Shown here: one piece after another, positions 38,526 to 48,140 of the stretch | Layout of the letters: each line of letters begins with the position of its first letter | Position numbering within the stretch: the stretch's first letter is position 1 | NCBI GenBank assembly: GCA_030603365.1 | Contig: JAUVXV010000003.1 | Location: forward strand, 64,001-128,000 | Direction of reading: 5' to 3' | Origin: Candidatus Heimdallarchaeota archaeon | Lineage (GTDB): Archaea; Asgardarchaeota; Heimdallarchaeia; Heimdallarchaeales; Heimdallarchaeaceae | Length of the DNA stretch: 64,000 bases | Notes under the pieces: generated by a model | Database searches by the model: none | The model's input: the letters and a program-made list of their open reading frames with translations, nothing else | Told to the model about the DNA's origin: nothing | Translations under genes and position numbers: made by a program

Positions 38526-40421
38526 ATGTCCTATCTCTTCGATGAACTATCAGGAAAAGAAGACAGCAAAGCTACAGTTGAAGATAAGATTCTTCTTATG
38601 GGTCTTCAAGCTGCAGGAAAAACTGCTATCAAAGACGTTGTCTTCTTCAACAAACAACCTGAAGAAGTTAACGATTATATGGCTACAGTACACTATCAAA
38701 GACAGTTCATTGATGAAGAACAAAAAAGTATGATTATAGACTCTGGTGGACAAGAAAGTTATTGGAATGAAGCTGTTACTCATTTTAGACATCTTGTTTT
38801 TTCCAATGTTAAGTTGTTAGTATGGATTGTAGATGTTACAAAACCAGAATTATTCGAAGAATCAGAAAGACGATTCAGTTTTACAATACGACAATATAAA
38901 AAAGAGAATCCAGATGGAAGCATCACTGTTTTATGCCACAAAGTTGATTTAGTTACTCCAGAAAAAATGATTGTAATTCATCAACATGTTAGAGATATGT
39001 TCAGTGATCCTCGTTTTGAAGTTGATTTCGAAAATACTAGTATCTACTACTCTGACAGTCTCAAAGAATTATTATTTACTATAATGGATGAAGCTGGTAT
39101 TAACACTAAACGATTCGAACTTATCTCTAATCTTGGTCAGAAAGTTGAAGAGAGTGATGAATTCCAGAGTTATGTTATGGAACATCAGGAAGATCCAAGA
39201 GTCCAACAGTTACGTGATTATTTAAATCCTGAACCTGAAGCTCTACTTCCTTCTTTTGGAAAATTAACTTTGCAATTCGATCTGAAAGAGTATGACATTG
39301 TTGAAATAGTACTTATTGAAAAAGAAACGAATTCTCCCATAGTTGGAGCTTCATCTCAAGCTAATGTAACTGCTGAAAATTCCATGGAATATCTTATTGG
39401 TCTTCATGATTTTAAGAATAAGTTAAAAGAAAATGGAGAAAGTATAGACCCAACAGGGACAGTGTTTACATCATCTACAGGAAAAGTACATGCATTGGTG
39501 TTCAGTCTTGATGTTAATTATCTCCTTATTACTTCTTTCGATCCAATAACTGACGAGAGGAAAGAATTACTTTTTGAGCTAATCCTTAGATTCGCTCAAT
39601 CAACAACTGCAGCTGCAGAAGCTCCTCCTCCTCCTAGTGCTCCAGCTGTTATTGAAGAACCAGTTGCTCAACCCGATCCAATCGCTGAACAACCTGTTGC
39701 ACAACCAGAACCAGTTAAAGCAGCTGAAGAAGTGGCAGTTGCTCAAGAAACAATTGAGGTTCAAGAAGAAATTCCAGTTGAAGTAGCGGCTCCATTAGAA
39801 GTTGAAACTGCTGTCCCGGAAGCAAAACCAATTAAAATTGAAGAGATATTAACTGCTGAAGAAAAAGATGCAGGATTTTTCGAACCAGCTATAGTTGGGG
39901 ATGAATTTCTAGGTAAGGAAGAGCCTGTTACAGTAGTTGAATCTGAACCAATTCCTGCCACAACGGAAGAAGTTACAAAAATCTCTCAACCTGAGGTACA
40001 AGAGAAAGTTGCTGAAGCTGTTTCTGGAGAAAGAGAAGTTAAAATTGAAGACCCAGTTCCAGTTGTAACACCTCCAACACCTCAACCTGCTAAAGTTGTT
40101 GAAGAAGGTGTTCCTGAACCTCCCAAAGTTGAACTTGAACCTGAACCAACTCCTATTACTGAGGAACCTAAGGTAGAACTAATTCCTGTTCTAGCTGAAG
40201 TAGGAACACCCAAACAAGATCCAGTTGAAGCTACAGGAGATGGATTAACGATTAATTTTTCAGCTGATGATATCAAAAACTTTGCAAACTTCTTAGTTCA
40301 GAAAAAAGAAATAATTCTAGATGAATCTATAAATATCGAAGATATTAAAGGACTGTCCAATTTCTTATTTAAAGGGATAACAGAAGATAAAGAAGAACAA
40401 AAAGAAGAAGAATCAGACTAA
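38526..40421 (+). CDS. Rag/Gtr-like GTPase + roadblock domain + long acidic Pro/Glu/Val-rich tail
   Basis: KILLMGLQAAGKT, ATV, DSGGQ, VFSNV, HKVD, TSIY; first ATG at 38526. Confidence 0.82.
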   Translation: MSYLFDELSGKEDSKATVEDKILLMGLQAAGKTAIKDVVFFNKQPEEVNDYMATVHYQRQFIDEEQKSMIIDSGGQESYWNEAVTHFRHLVFSNVKLLVWIVDVTKPELFEESERRFSFTIRQYKKENPDGSITVLCHKVDLVTPEKMIVIHQHVRDMFSDPRFEVDFENTSIYYSDSLKELLFTIMDEAGINTKRFELISNLGQKVEESDEFQSYVMEHQEDPRVQQLRDYLNPEPEALLPSFGKLTLQFDLKEYDIVEIVLIEKETNSPIVGASSQANVTAENSMEYLIGLHDFKNKLKENGESIDPTGTVFTSSTGKVHALVFSLDVNYLLITSFDPITDERKELLFELILRFAQSTTAAAEAPPPPSAPAVIEEPVAQPDPIAEQPVAQPEPVKAAEEVAVAQETIEVQEEIPVEVAAPLEVETAVPEAKPIKIEEILTAEEKDAGFFEPAIVGDEFLGKEEPVTVVESEPIPATTEEVTKISQPEVQEKVAEAVSGEREVKIEDPVPVVTPPTPQPAKVVEEGVPEPPKVELEPEPTPITEEPKVELIPVLAEVGTPKQDPVEATGDGLTINFSADDIKNFANFLVQKKEIILDESINIEDIKGLSNFLFKGITEDKEEQKEEESD

Positions 40422-40423
40422 GT

Positions 40424-41653
40424 TTAAACTGGTCTGCTGTCATCATATCTTCTATATTCTAAATCTCCATCAAGAAAGATTGGTATTTCTCTTATACCTT
40501 CTACACATTCATGTAATGGGAACATCTCAACTGATGTTGCACCAAATCCTTTTTGGACTTTAATACCTCTTTCAAGATTTTCAGAATTTTCTACTGCAAC
40601 ATCGATTATAGATTTCTGAAGATTACGACCACAAATATCACATTTAAATGAGATTGACTGTTCTACTCTTCTTTCAATTGTTTCACCTTTCTCAAGACCT
40701 TTTTTGAGTAGGTAATCTACTAAAGTGCCTTTCATCTTTATTCTTGCTCTTCCTATTAGTTCATCTGCTTGGAAAAGCTCTTTCATCTCAGCGGCAAGAT
40801 TCATGAAGTATTCTATCTCTTCATCTACTGAATGCTGAGGAGGAAAGACAGTTGTTAGAATAAGATCTTGATCTACTTCTCTCATATATACTCTGTTTTC
40901 ATCAAATGAGAATGTCACATAATCTAATTGTAATGTTGGTGAAAACATCTTGGCAAGATCATTTTTTAGTTTAACAAAATTGAATCCTGTATATCTCTCT
41001 GGTTGAGAATAGAGCATTAGACCTTGAGCAGTTGATAATGAAAGAAAAACCAAATCTTGTTTGCTAAAAGCTTCCTTAATTTTAACAGACTTTGTATCAT
41101 CTTTTGGAAAGACATATGCAATCACTTGTTGCATTGCGTCCCAGATTGTATCTTCAAAGATTGAAGTTGCAAATAGATCAGCATTCGTAAATTTGTCAAT
41201 CTCAAAAATATCTTTTATTGATTGTAAAACAGGTTCTCTTTTATTTGGTGGAACAACATCCATTTTATGTGCAAAAACATAAATTCTTGCTCCCTCTGAT
41301 AGTTGTTTAGCGTTTTCCATTGTCAGATCAAAATAATACTTAGATCTCATAATGTTTGAAGCATCAGAAATATCGATAACGAAAATGAATGCTTTTACAT
41401 CACTGAAGGTTCTTTCTTTGTATTGTTCAAATACTTCATTCAAGTAATTGGATTGCCCTCCAACATCAAATAGGTTAATGGCACTTCCTGCAAGATTGAA
41501 CAGTTTTCTGTTAATACGAACAGTCGCAGGGTTCATTGATGTTGCTTCTGGAGCAAAGCCTTCGAAAACTACTTGACGTATAGAAGTTTTACCAGACTGA
41601 GATAAGCCAAGAACGACAATTTTGGATTCTAATTCATTTCCACCAGTGTACAT
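40424..41653 (-). CDS. Rag/Gtr-like GTPase + roadblock domain + C-terminal Zn-binding domain
   Basis: GLSQSGKT, PATV, FDVGGQ, HKMD, TSIFED; CDIC...HEC at the C-terminus. Confidence 0.85.
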   Translation of the reverse strand: MYTGGNELESKIVVLGLSQSGKTSIRQVVFEGFAPEATSMNPATVRINRKLFNLAGSAINLFDVGGQSNYLNEVFEQYKERTFSDVKAFIFVIDISDASNIMRSKYYFDLTMENAKQLSEGARIYVFAHKMDVVPPNKREPVLQSIKDIFEIDKFTNADLFATSIFEDTIWDAMQQVIAYVFPKDDTKSVKIKEAFSKQDLVFLSLSTAQGLMLYSQPERYTGFNFVKLKNDLAKMFSPTLQLDYVTFSFDENRVYMREVDQDLILTTVFPPQHSVDEEIEYFMNLAAEMKELFQADELIGRARIKMKGTLVDYLLKKGLEKGETIERRVEQSISFKCDICGRNLQKSIIDVAVENSENLERGIKVQKGFGATSVEMFPLHECVEGIREIPIFLDGDLEYRRYDDSRPV

Positions 41654-42054
41654 GTACCTTCATGTCTAAACCTATTATTTCCTTATAAAATGTTTATGTT
41701 ACTCCTAAATTATAAGTAGATGGTTTCAAACTTTATTAGAACGAATTTCATGATTTTGTTCTAGATAGTTTGTCTGAAGGTCTCCTTCTTGTAAGATGGG
41801 GTTTCGAATCATGAACTCTTACTGGCTAACACGACCACCTTCTTGAATAGGGCACCTTTTTGAAAGGTATCAGTCTTTACAGCAAAATGCAACAAGAATT
41901 ATAAGTGTGATAGTATGATGGGGATTGAGTAATATGAACAGAAGAATGATCAAGTTAGTTTTTCCAGTATTTCTCTTTTCTCTTACACTTTGCGTTGTCT
42001 CAGTATAGAGAAAATATGCAAAAAGATAATAACATCTTTCTTCACATTTTAGTT

Positions 42055-43497
42055 ATGGCCTACGATGTGATTGTAATAGGTTCAGGTTTGGGTGGATTGG
42101 TGGCAGCCGCGAAACTTGCTAAAGAGGGGAAGAAAGTTCTTGTTGTTGAACAGCATTCCAGTATAGGAGGATATGCAACCTGCTTTACAAAGAAAAATTT
42201 CACTGTCGATGTAGGTTTCCATTCTATGGATGGGCTCTATGTTCAAGATCCCAAAATAAAAGTTTTCGAAGATTTAGATGTTTATATTAATATCGAGTTC
42301 ATTAAAATCCCAACAGGTTATTTCAGATTTACTAATGAGAGAGTTGATTTTACTTTACCTGATACAGTTGATGAAGCTATTACCGAACTTAAACAACAAT
42401 TTCCAGAAGAAGAAAAGGGTATTCGTACTTTCTTTAAAACCATTGAAAACATATCAACATCAAAGTGGAGTAATAAATCAGTAGGAGAAATGTTAGATTC
42501 ATTATTTCGAAATGATGATATTAAATTAGTCTTAACAGGGGCAATGTTATATTATGGTGATGATCCTTATACTACTTCAGCTAAAGCATTCTCAACTGCA
42601 GTTTCAAGGATATTCAAAGGAGGAAATCATTACATAAAGGGAGGTTCGTTGAAACTTACAGATTATTTTGCAAATTTTATTAAAGAACATGGGGGTACTA
42701 TTACTTTAAATAAAAAAGTTACAAAAATTCTTACTGACTCTCTTGGTTTAATTACAGGAGTTGAATATGAGTCAACTTCTAATGATGATACTGTGAAAAC
42801 TCAAGTTGATGCTAACTTTGTTATTCTAAATGCTTCAGTACCTCAAGTAGCAAATGTTTTGTTACCTGAAAATGAGACTACCTCTCTATTAAGAGAAGCA
42901 GTTAAACAAATGAAATTAGGCCATTCTGTTCTGAATGTCTATTTAGGGTTTGATACTCCCCTTGATAAATTAGGTCACAAAGATTATCTTACCGTTGTAA
43001 ACGACCAAAGTGTTTTCAAGCTTAGTGATGTATTTGGGAACAATAATACAGGTTATTCAAAAAGGAATTTTCTCTTTGTAGATTACAGTCAAATTGATAG
43101 TGGGATGGCCCCATATGGGAAAAGTACGGGTGTTATTAGTACAATTGATTATATAGAAAATTGGTCTAAGTTGGATGAAGACAATTATAAGTCAAAGAAA
43201 AAGCAAGTTGAAACAGAATTCATTGAAAGATTAGACAAACTCATTCCAGGTGTTAAAGATCACATAGAGTTCGTTAGTGTTGCAACACCAAAAACAATGA
43301 AAAGATATACACTCAATCCAAAAGGATCAATCATTGGATTTGCTCGAACACCAATCCAAGTGGAAATGTACCCTCTAAAATCACCAATAAAGAACTTGTA
43401 TTTCTCATCTACTTGGTCAATTCCAGATGGAGGGTTTACTTCAATAATAGAAGCTGGATGGAATAGTGCTGTTTCAATATTAAGAAAAAGAAGATAG
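42055..43497 (+). CDS. Phytoene desaturase (CrtI)-family FAD-dependent oxidoreductase
   Basis: IGSGLGG, EQH..IGGY, GGS..L, ATPKT..RYT.NP.GSI.G, NLYF..W..P.GG. Confidence 0.85.
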   Translation: MAYDVIVIGSGLGGLVAAAKLAKEGKKVLVVEQHSSIGGYATCFTKKNFTVDVGFHSMDGLYVQDPKIKVFEDLDVYINIEFIKIPTGYFRFTNERVDFTLPDTVDEAITELKQQFPEEEKGIRTFFKTIENISTSKWSNKSVGEMLDSLFRNDDIKLVLTGAMLYYGDDPYTTSAKAFSTAVSRIFKGGNHYIKGGSLKLTDYFANFIKEHGGTITLNKKVTKILTDSLGLITGVEYESTSNDDTVKTQVDANFVILNASVPQVANVLLPENETTSLLREAVKQMKLGHSVLNVYLGFDTPLDKLGHKDYLTVVNDQSVFKLSDVFGNNNTGYSKRNFLFVDYSQIDSGMAPYGKSTGVISTIDYIENWSKLDEDNYKSKKKQVETEFIERLDKLIPGVKDHIEFVSVATPKTMKRYTLNPKGSIIGFARTPIQVEMYPLKSPIKNLYFSSTWSIPDGGFTSIIEAGWNSAVSILRKRR

Positions 43498-43516
43498 TTT
43501 GGATCTTAACTCCTTA

Positions 43517-44512
43517 CTATCTGAATTCAAGTTTGTTTATTTTCAGGAATTCTTCATGAACTAAATGACTCAGTGCAAAAAGAAACTGAGGATAACTCTG
43601 ATTAGGATTCATTTCCTTGTAAGTATCAAGTATAGATTTTTCATGATTAGTCAGATAGAATACTATAAGTTCCTTACAGAGAATTTTGATGTTGGGACTC
43701 AGTTCTTGGAAAATAGTGGCTTGCTCAGTATTAAATCTTCGTAGACCTTCAGAAGATGACTTTGGAAAAGCGATTGTGGAATTAACAAGGAGATCTAACT
43801 CGACAAGATTTCTTTCTGTAGGTTCTTCAACGATATTATCATCTATGAATTCAGCAATTAATTTCAAAACCACTTCATCTAGATATACTAGTGATTCAAG
43901 AGTATCTGCTATATGTTGTATCCATTTTCTAGCTTCAGTAAATGGAAAAGATTTTTGTCCTTGTTTTGAAGCTGTTTTTAGTTGATGTTTCCACTCCTTA
44001 TAGATCCGATCTACTATTTTGGCAGAAATAAAAACTTGTATCTCAATAAACCCTAGAGTTGACTTTATTGTAATTCTTTTTCCTTCTTCTTTTTTGTCAA
44101 AAGTATATTTGCTGTTTCGGATTTTGTCAGTTATCTCCAAACCTGTGATATTTATCCTTTCGAAAGTTTTAGTGTCAAAGACCTTTTCTACCATTGCAAT
44201 TTTTTGGGGAGTAGGAATTCCAAGTGATTTAAAAATATCTTGTTCATCTTCTCCTGTTGAAAAATCTCTATCAGTTTCATAACCATAGTGAGTCGATTTA
44301 ATGTGAACCTGAGATCTTACTGTAAGAAAATTATCAATAAAACACTTTATTGCAGAGAGATTGTTCTGAGCACAGTTATGGACATCAACAAATTCTAGAA
44401 TTGTTGAAAGAGTATCAGATTTCAGTAGCTTAGATGGAATGTTTAGATTCCGTTGCTTTTGACATTTATTGCATTGATATTCTACCTTTTTTATTCCATT
44501 CTGACTACTCAC
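43517..44512 (-). CDS. Hypothetical protein with N-terminal CxxC...HxC Zn-binding domain
   Basis: CNKC...VHNC...FIDNFLTVR; possible C-terminal winged helix. Confidence 0.6.
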   Translation of the reverse strand: MSSQNGIKKVEYQCNKCQKQRNLNIPSKLLKSDTLSTILEFVDVHNCAQNNLSAIKCFIDNFLTVRSQVHIKSTHYGYETDRDFSTGEDEQDIFKSLGIPTPQKIAMVEKVFDTKTFERINITGLEITDKIRNSKYTFDKKEEGKRITIKSTLGFIEIQVFISAKIVDRIYKEWKHQLKTASKQGQKSFPFTEARKWIQHIADTLESLVYLDEVVLKLIAEFIDDNIVEEPTERNLVELDLLVNSTIAFPKSSSEGLRRFNTEQATIFQELSPNIKILCKELIVFYLTNHEKSILDTYKEMNPNQSYPQFLFALSHLVHEEFLKINKLEFR

Positions 44513-44670
44513 CTGATACCCCCTAGATGTATATGAACTAATTTGCTTATTTTCTTATATATTCTTTTAGATAATTCTAACGAAATTTTACAGCAGATTT
44601 TTTCTTATTTTTTTCATCCGATACTTTAAAAACAACCTTATTTTATTGGGGGTAACAAGGTGTAATTAAT

Positions 44671-45795
44671 TTGACTAAAGCTGTTGAAAAATCAATGGAA
44701 CCCTATGAAAAATTAACTAAGACACTCAACACCATACCTAATGGTTTTCCAACTATAGAGGATGGTACTCACCTTCGTCTTCTAGAATGGATCTATGAAC
44801 CTGAAGAAGCAGAATTAGCTAGTAAACTAAAACTTTCTGCTGAAACAGTCAAGAAAATGTCCAGACGTTTGAAGATTCCTGAAGATGAACTTACTAAAAA
44901 GTTAGAGATTATGGAATCAAAAGGACAGTTGCGTATAACCAGGTCACGAGGTCGATTCCCTAGAAGAAAATCAAAAGGTCAAATTAAATATGGTCTATTA
45001 CCTTTTGTTGTAGGAGTTTATGAAGAGCAAATTCACAGAATGGATGCTGAATTTGCTTCCTTGTTTGAAGAATATGTTCAGAAAACTAAAGGAGCAATTA
45101 TTTTTTCGACTAAACCAGCAATTCAGAGAGTTGTTCCGGTTAAAAGCGTAATTAAGACAGAACTTGAAATCCATCCCTATAATCAGGTAGAACAAATGAT
45201 ACTTAATGCTAAAAGCTGGGGTATAAGAGATTGTATTTGTAAAAAACAACAGGAGCTTATTGGTGATCCCTGCAAATACGATGATAGGGTTTGTTTAGTA
45301 TTCTCAGGTAGAGAAAATAAATATGAAGAAAGTCATCAAACCACAACAATAACCATGGAAGAATCACTTCAAATTCTTAAGGAAACTGAAGAAGCTGGAC
45401 TAGTCCATACTTCTATGAATATTGAAGATGGTCATAGTTACATCTGTAACTGTTGTACCTGCTGCTGTGGTGTTCTCAGAGGTTTTGTGGAATGGGGTCA
45501 ACCACAAGCATTCGTTAAATCTGATTATGTTATCGATATAGATGAAGAAACATGTATTGGCTGTGGAAAATGTATTGATAGGTGTCAGTTCAATGCACTT
45601 TCGATAGTTGATAAAAAATGTGTTTCTAATGATAATTGTGTAGGTTGTGGAGTATGTGCCTTAGTTTGTCCTACAGATGCCTTAAGCTTAATTGATAGAA
45701 ACCCCAAAGAAACAAAGAAACCTCCAAAGAATATTTTAATGTGGATGCTTAAACGCGCATTCTCCAGAAAGGTTAATCTCCTCAAAATCATCTAA
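44671..45795 (+). CDS. 4Fe-4S dicluster ferredoxin-domain protein with N-terminal HTH-like region
   Basis: CICK, ICNCCTCCC, CIGCGKCIDRC, CVGCGVCALVCP. Confidence 0.85.
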   Translation: MTKAVEKSMEPYEKLTKTLNTIPNGFPTIEDGTHLRLLEWIYEPEEAELASKLKLSAETVKKMSRRLKIPEDELTKKLEIMESKGQLRITRSRGRFPRRKSKGQIKYGLLPFVVGVYEEQIHRMDAEFASLFEEYVQKTKGAIIFSTKPAIQRVVPVKSVIKTELEIHPYNQVEQMILNAKSWGIRDCICKKQQELIGDPCKYDDRVCLVFSGRENKYEESHQTTTITMEESLQILKETEEAGLVHTSMNIEDGHSYICNCCTCCCGVLRGFVEWGQPQAFVKSDYVIDIDEETCIGCGKCIDRCQFNALSIVDKKCVSNDNCVGCGVCALVCPTDALSLIDRNPKETKKPPKNILMWMLKRAFSRKVNLLKII

Positions 45796-45858
45796 TAGAA
45801 TATGATTCTTCATTAAGTACTAAATGCTTAAAAATCTTCAAAAGAATTAGTCTATAGT

Positions 45859-46476
45859 ATGGTGTTGGTTTCAGATCTCTCCAACTATTTTTTTATTACA
45901 TATCTATGTGTCTATGTTATATTTCATGTTCCATTTGATATTTACATGCTGATAAGAAAAGGAAAAGCATCCTACCCAACACCTAAATTCAGATCCACAT
46001 TAGAAGGATTATCAGTAGTTTTATCCTCCTTTATATTTTGGTTCTATATGATTTTAAGTCCAATTATTGTCTTTTCATCAGGCAAGAATATTTTTGTTCT
46101 TGAAGATATCCCAGAAGAAATAAAACTTCCTATAACTATAGTTGGAATTGTCATAATGTCTATAGGGTTGATTGTAGGCTGTTTAGGTAGGATTGGTAGA
46201 GGAGTGTATCTAGCAAGAAATGAAGCAAAGCTTGCTACAAATTGGGGGCATGCACTAGTTAGGCATCCATCATACTTTCTTTACATAACTGGTTTTATTG
46301 GTATCCCGTTTGTTGCTATCTCACCTTATTTGTTTATTCTTTTATTGGGGATTCCTGGTTATATGATAACTTCAAGACTAGAAGAGGGTGTTTTAATTGA
46401 GACTTTTGGAGATGAATACAAAGATTATCAAGAAAAAGTTGGGAGATTTGTTTTCAAAATCAGAAAGAAAAAGTAG
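45859..46476 (+). CDS. ICMT/PEMT-family integral membrane methyltransferase
   Basis: VRHPSY, EE..L...FGDEY..YQ..V.RF. Confidence 0.85.
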   Translation: MVLVSDLSNYFFITYLCVYVIFHVPFDIYMLIRKGKASYPTPKFRSTLEGLSVVLSSFIFWFYMILSPIIVFSSGKNIFVLEDIPEEIKLPITIVGIVIMSIGLIVGCLGRIGRGVYLARNEAKLATNWGHALVRHPSYFLYITGFIGIPFVAISPYLFILLLGIPGYMITSRLEEGVLIETFGDEYKDYQEKVGRFVFKIRKKK

Positions 46477-46478
46477 GC

Positions 46479-47837
46479 TCATTTGAAAGGCCATTTTTCT
46501 AACAATCTCAGATTATCTTCCAATTTCGCGTCTTGAAGTATTTTGATTATTTCTGCTTCTTTCAATCTCTTAGGCATCTCCTTCATTTTACTGAAAGCAT
46601 CTATAAAAACAAAAGCAAAAGCAGTTGAAATCTTTGCATCAAGTCTTGATATTTTATCAAATGTGTCAGCTGATGTGTGACCATATCCTCTCCCTACTCT
46701 TGGATCAGGTTTTTCTCCAAAAATACATACGTTAGGAATCCCCTTTAAGAAATATGGATAATTATCACTAGCTGAAATAATGTTATTGGTAATTTTTGGA
46801 TCATAGAGAAGCTCATTCTTTAGTTCTTTTACTTTCACTAATAACTCTTCTATGCCACTGCAAGTAATATGTTTTGGAATATGCCCGATTAAACCGTCAA
46901 GGTTTATCATACCAACAATATCTGCGACATCAGAATCATTAACGTATATTGTAGACCCTACTACTCCAAATTCCTCAACACCAAATGCAACAAATCTCAG
47001 CGTTCTTTCAGGTATATAGTTTACTTCTTTCATCAATCTGGAAATCTCTAAAATCGCAGCGATTGATGCGGCATTATCTGTAGCTCCTTGAGCAATATCA
47101 TGACCATCATAATGACCTCCAATCACAATAACTTCATCCTTATTTTTGCCTGGAATTTCCCAAATGATATGTTTTGATGTTAATTTTGGAATTTCGTTTG
47201 AAACGAATATTTTGCATGTTAGAACATCTTCTTTTCGTAAAATTTCTTTGATGTGCTCATAAGATTCTTTAGATATCCCTATTGCAGGAATTTCTCCTAT
47301 TCTGTTTGATCTTACAGAACCTGTCGGAAATAGTTGTCCCGGATTATGATTTGCAAAAACAAATACTTTTGCACCGTACTCATAAGCATTAGCATATTTT
47401 ATCCTTCGATGTAACCAGCCTTCCTCTGTATCTCCTGAATGAATCATTACAGCTTTTCCTGGAGTAGAATTCTTAATCCGTTTTAGTTCTGTTTCTGATC
47501 CACCAAACCCATCAATAATGTTTGTTTCTATAGTTTCACCATTTGTTGAAGGAGCTAAAACTAGTGATATTGCTGGAAAAGAGTATTCTTTCGTTTTACT
47601 TACAATGCTAAATTTACATTCTCCTCTTATCCAACCTTGATATTCAAAATCATAATTAATAACAGGAATTCCAATATCCTTGAGATACTTGTTCATATAT
47701 TCCTGAGCAATTTTTTCACTTTCTGTTCCTGAAAATCTACTCCCCATTAAGCAAAGATCTTTTATTGTTTCAAAAATCGAATCTTTGGAAAAAATCTTTC
47801 CTAATATTCTTTCCTTAAGATCCACTTCTTCATTCAT
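46479..47837 (-). CDS. M28 metallo-aminopeptidase with PA domain
   Basis: GGHYD, GATDNA, EEFG..GS, NLD, SDN.P, HT.ADT. Confidence 0.9.
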   Translation of the reverse strand: MNEEVDLKERILGKIFSKDSIFETIKDLCLMGSRFSGTESEKIAQEYMNKYLKDIGIPVINYDFEYQGWIRGECKFSIVSKTKEYSFPAISLVLAPSTNGETIETNIIDGFGGSETELKRIKNSTPGKAVMIHSGDTEEGWLHRRIKYANAYEYGAKVFVFANHNPGQLFPTGSVRSNRIGEIPAIGISKESYEHIKEILRKEDVLTCKIFVSNEIPKLTSKHIIWEIPGKNKDEVIVIGGHYDGHDIAQGATDNAASIAAILEISRLMKEVNYIPERTLRFVAFGVEEFGVVGSTIYVNDSDVADIVGMINLDGLIGHIPKHITCSGIEELLVKVKELKNELLYDPKITNNIISASDNYPYFLKGIPNVCIFGEKPDPRVGRGYGHTSADTFDKISRLDAKISTAFAFVFIDAFSKMKEMPKRLKEAEIIKILQDAKLEDNLRLLEKWPFK

Positions 47838-47868
47838 GTCTAAATATTTGGATTATGGACTTTTAAAA

Positions 47869-48132
47869 CTAACTCCCCAACGTTAGAAAGAAATCTAGTT
47901 GTTCTCTGATAAATGCTTCATCAGCACTACCAATAATGCGTTGATTGTTAGGAAGAACTATTGTAGGTATTGCAACTATCTGATACTCTTCTGCTTTTGC
48001 TATATCCTTGGAAACATCAATTATTTCAAGCTCTAGATGATCTGAATCTGCAATAATGTGTCTTAAAACACCTTCCAAATAAGGACACCAACTACAGGAT
48101 GGACTCTTGAATAGTATTATTTTAAGACTCAT
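47869..48132 (-). CDS. Thioredoxin-fold protein (KaiB-like C-terminal half)
   Basis: CSWC motif; IDV.K....AEEY.I.AIPT....RIIG. Confidence 0.8.
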   Translation of the reverse strand: MSLKIILFKSPSCSWCPYLEGVLRHIIADSDHLELEIIDVSKDIAKAEEYQIVAIPTIVLPNNQRIIGSADEAFIREQLDFFLTLGS

Positions 48133-48140
48133 TATAACAC

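Noticed and set aside
41819-41953. Minus-strand ...FCCKD-TGA-YLSKRCP... as a CxxU selenoprotein
   Set aside because: No ATG start, no recognisable protein family and no convincing SECIS.
41700-42054. RNase P or SRP RNA
   Set aside because: Conserved GAGGAAAGUCC and SRP helix-8 motifs were not found on either strand.
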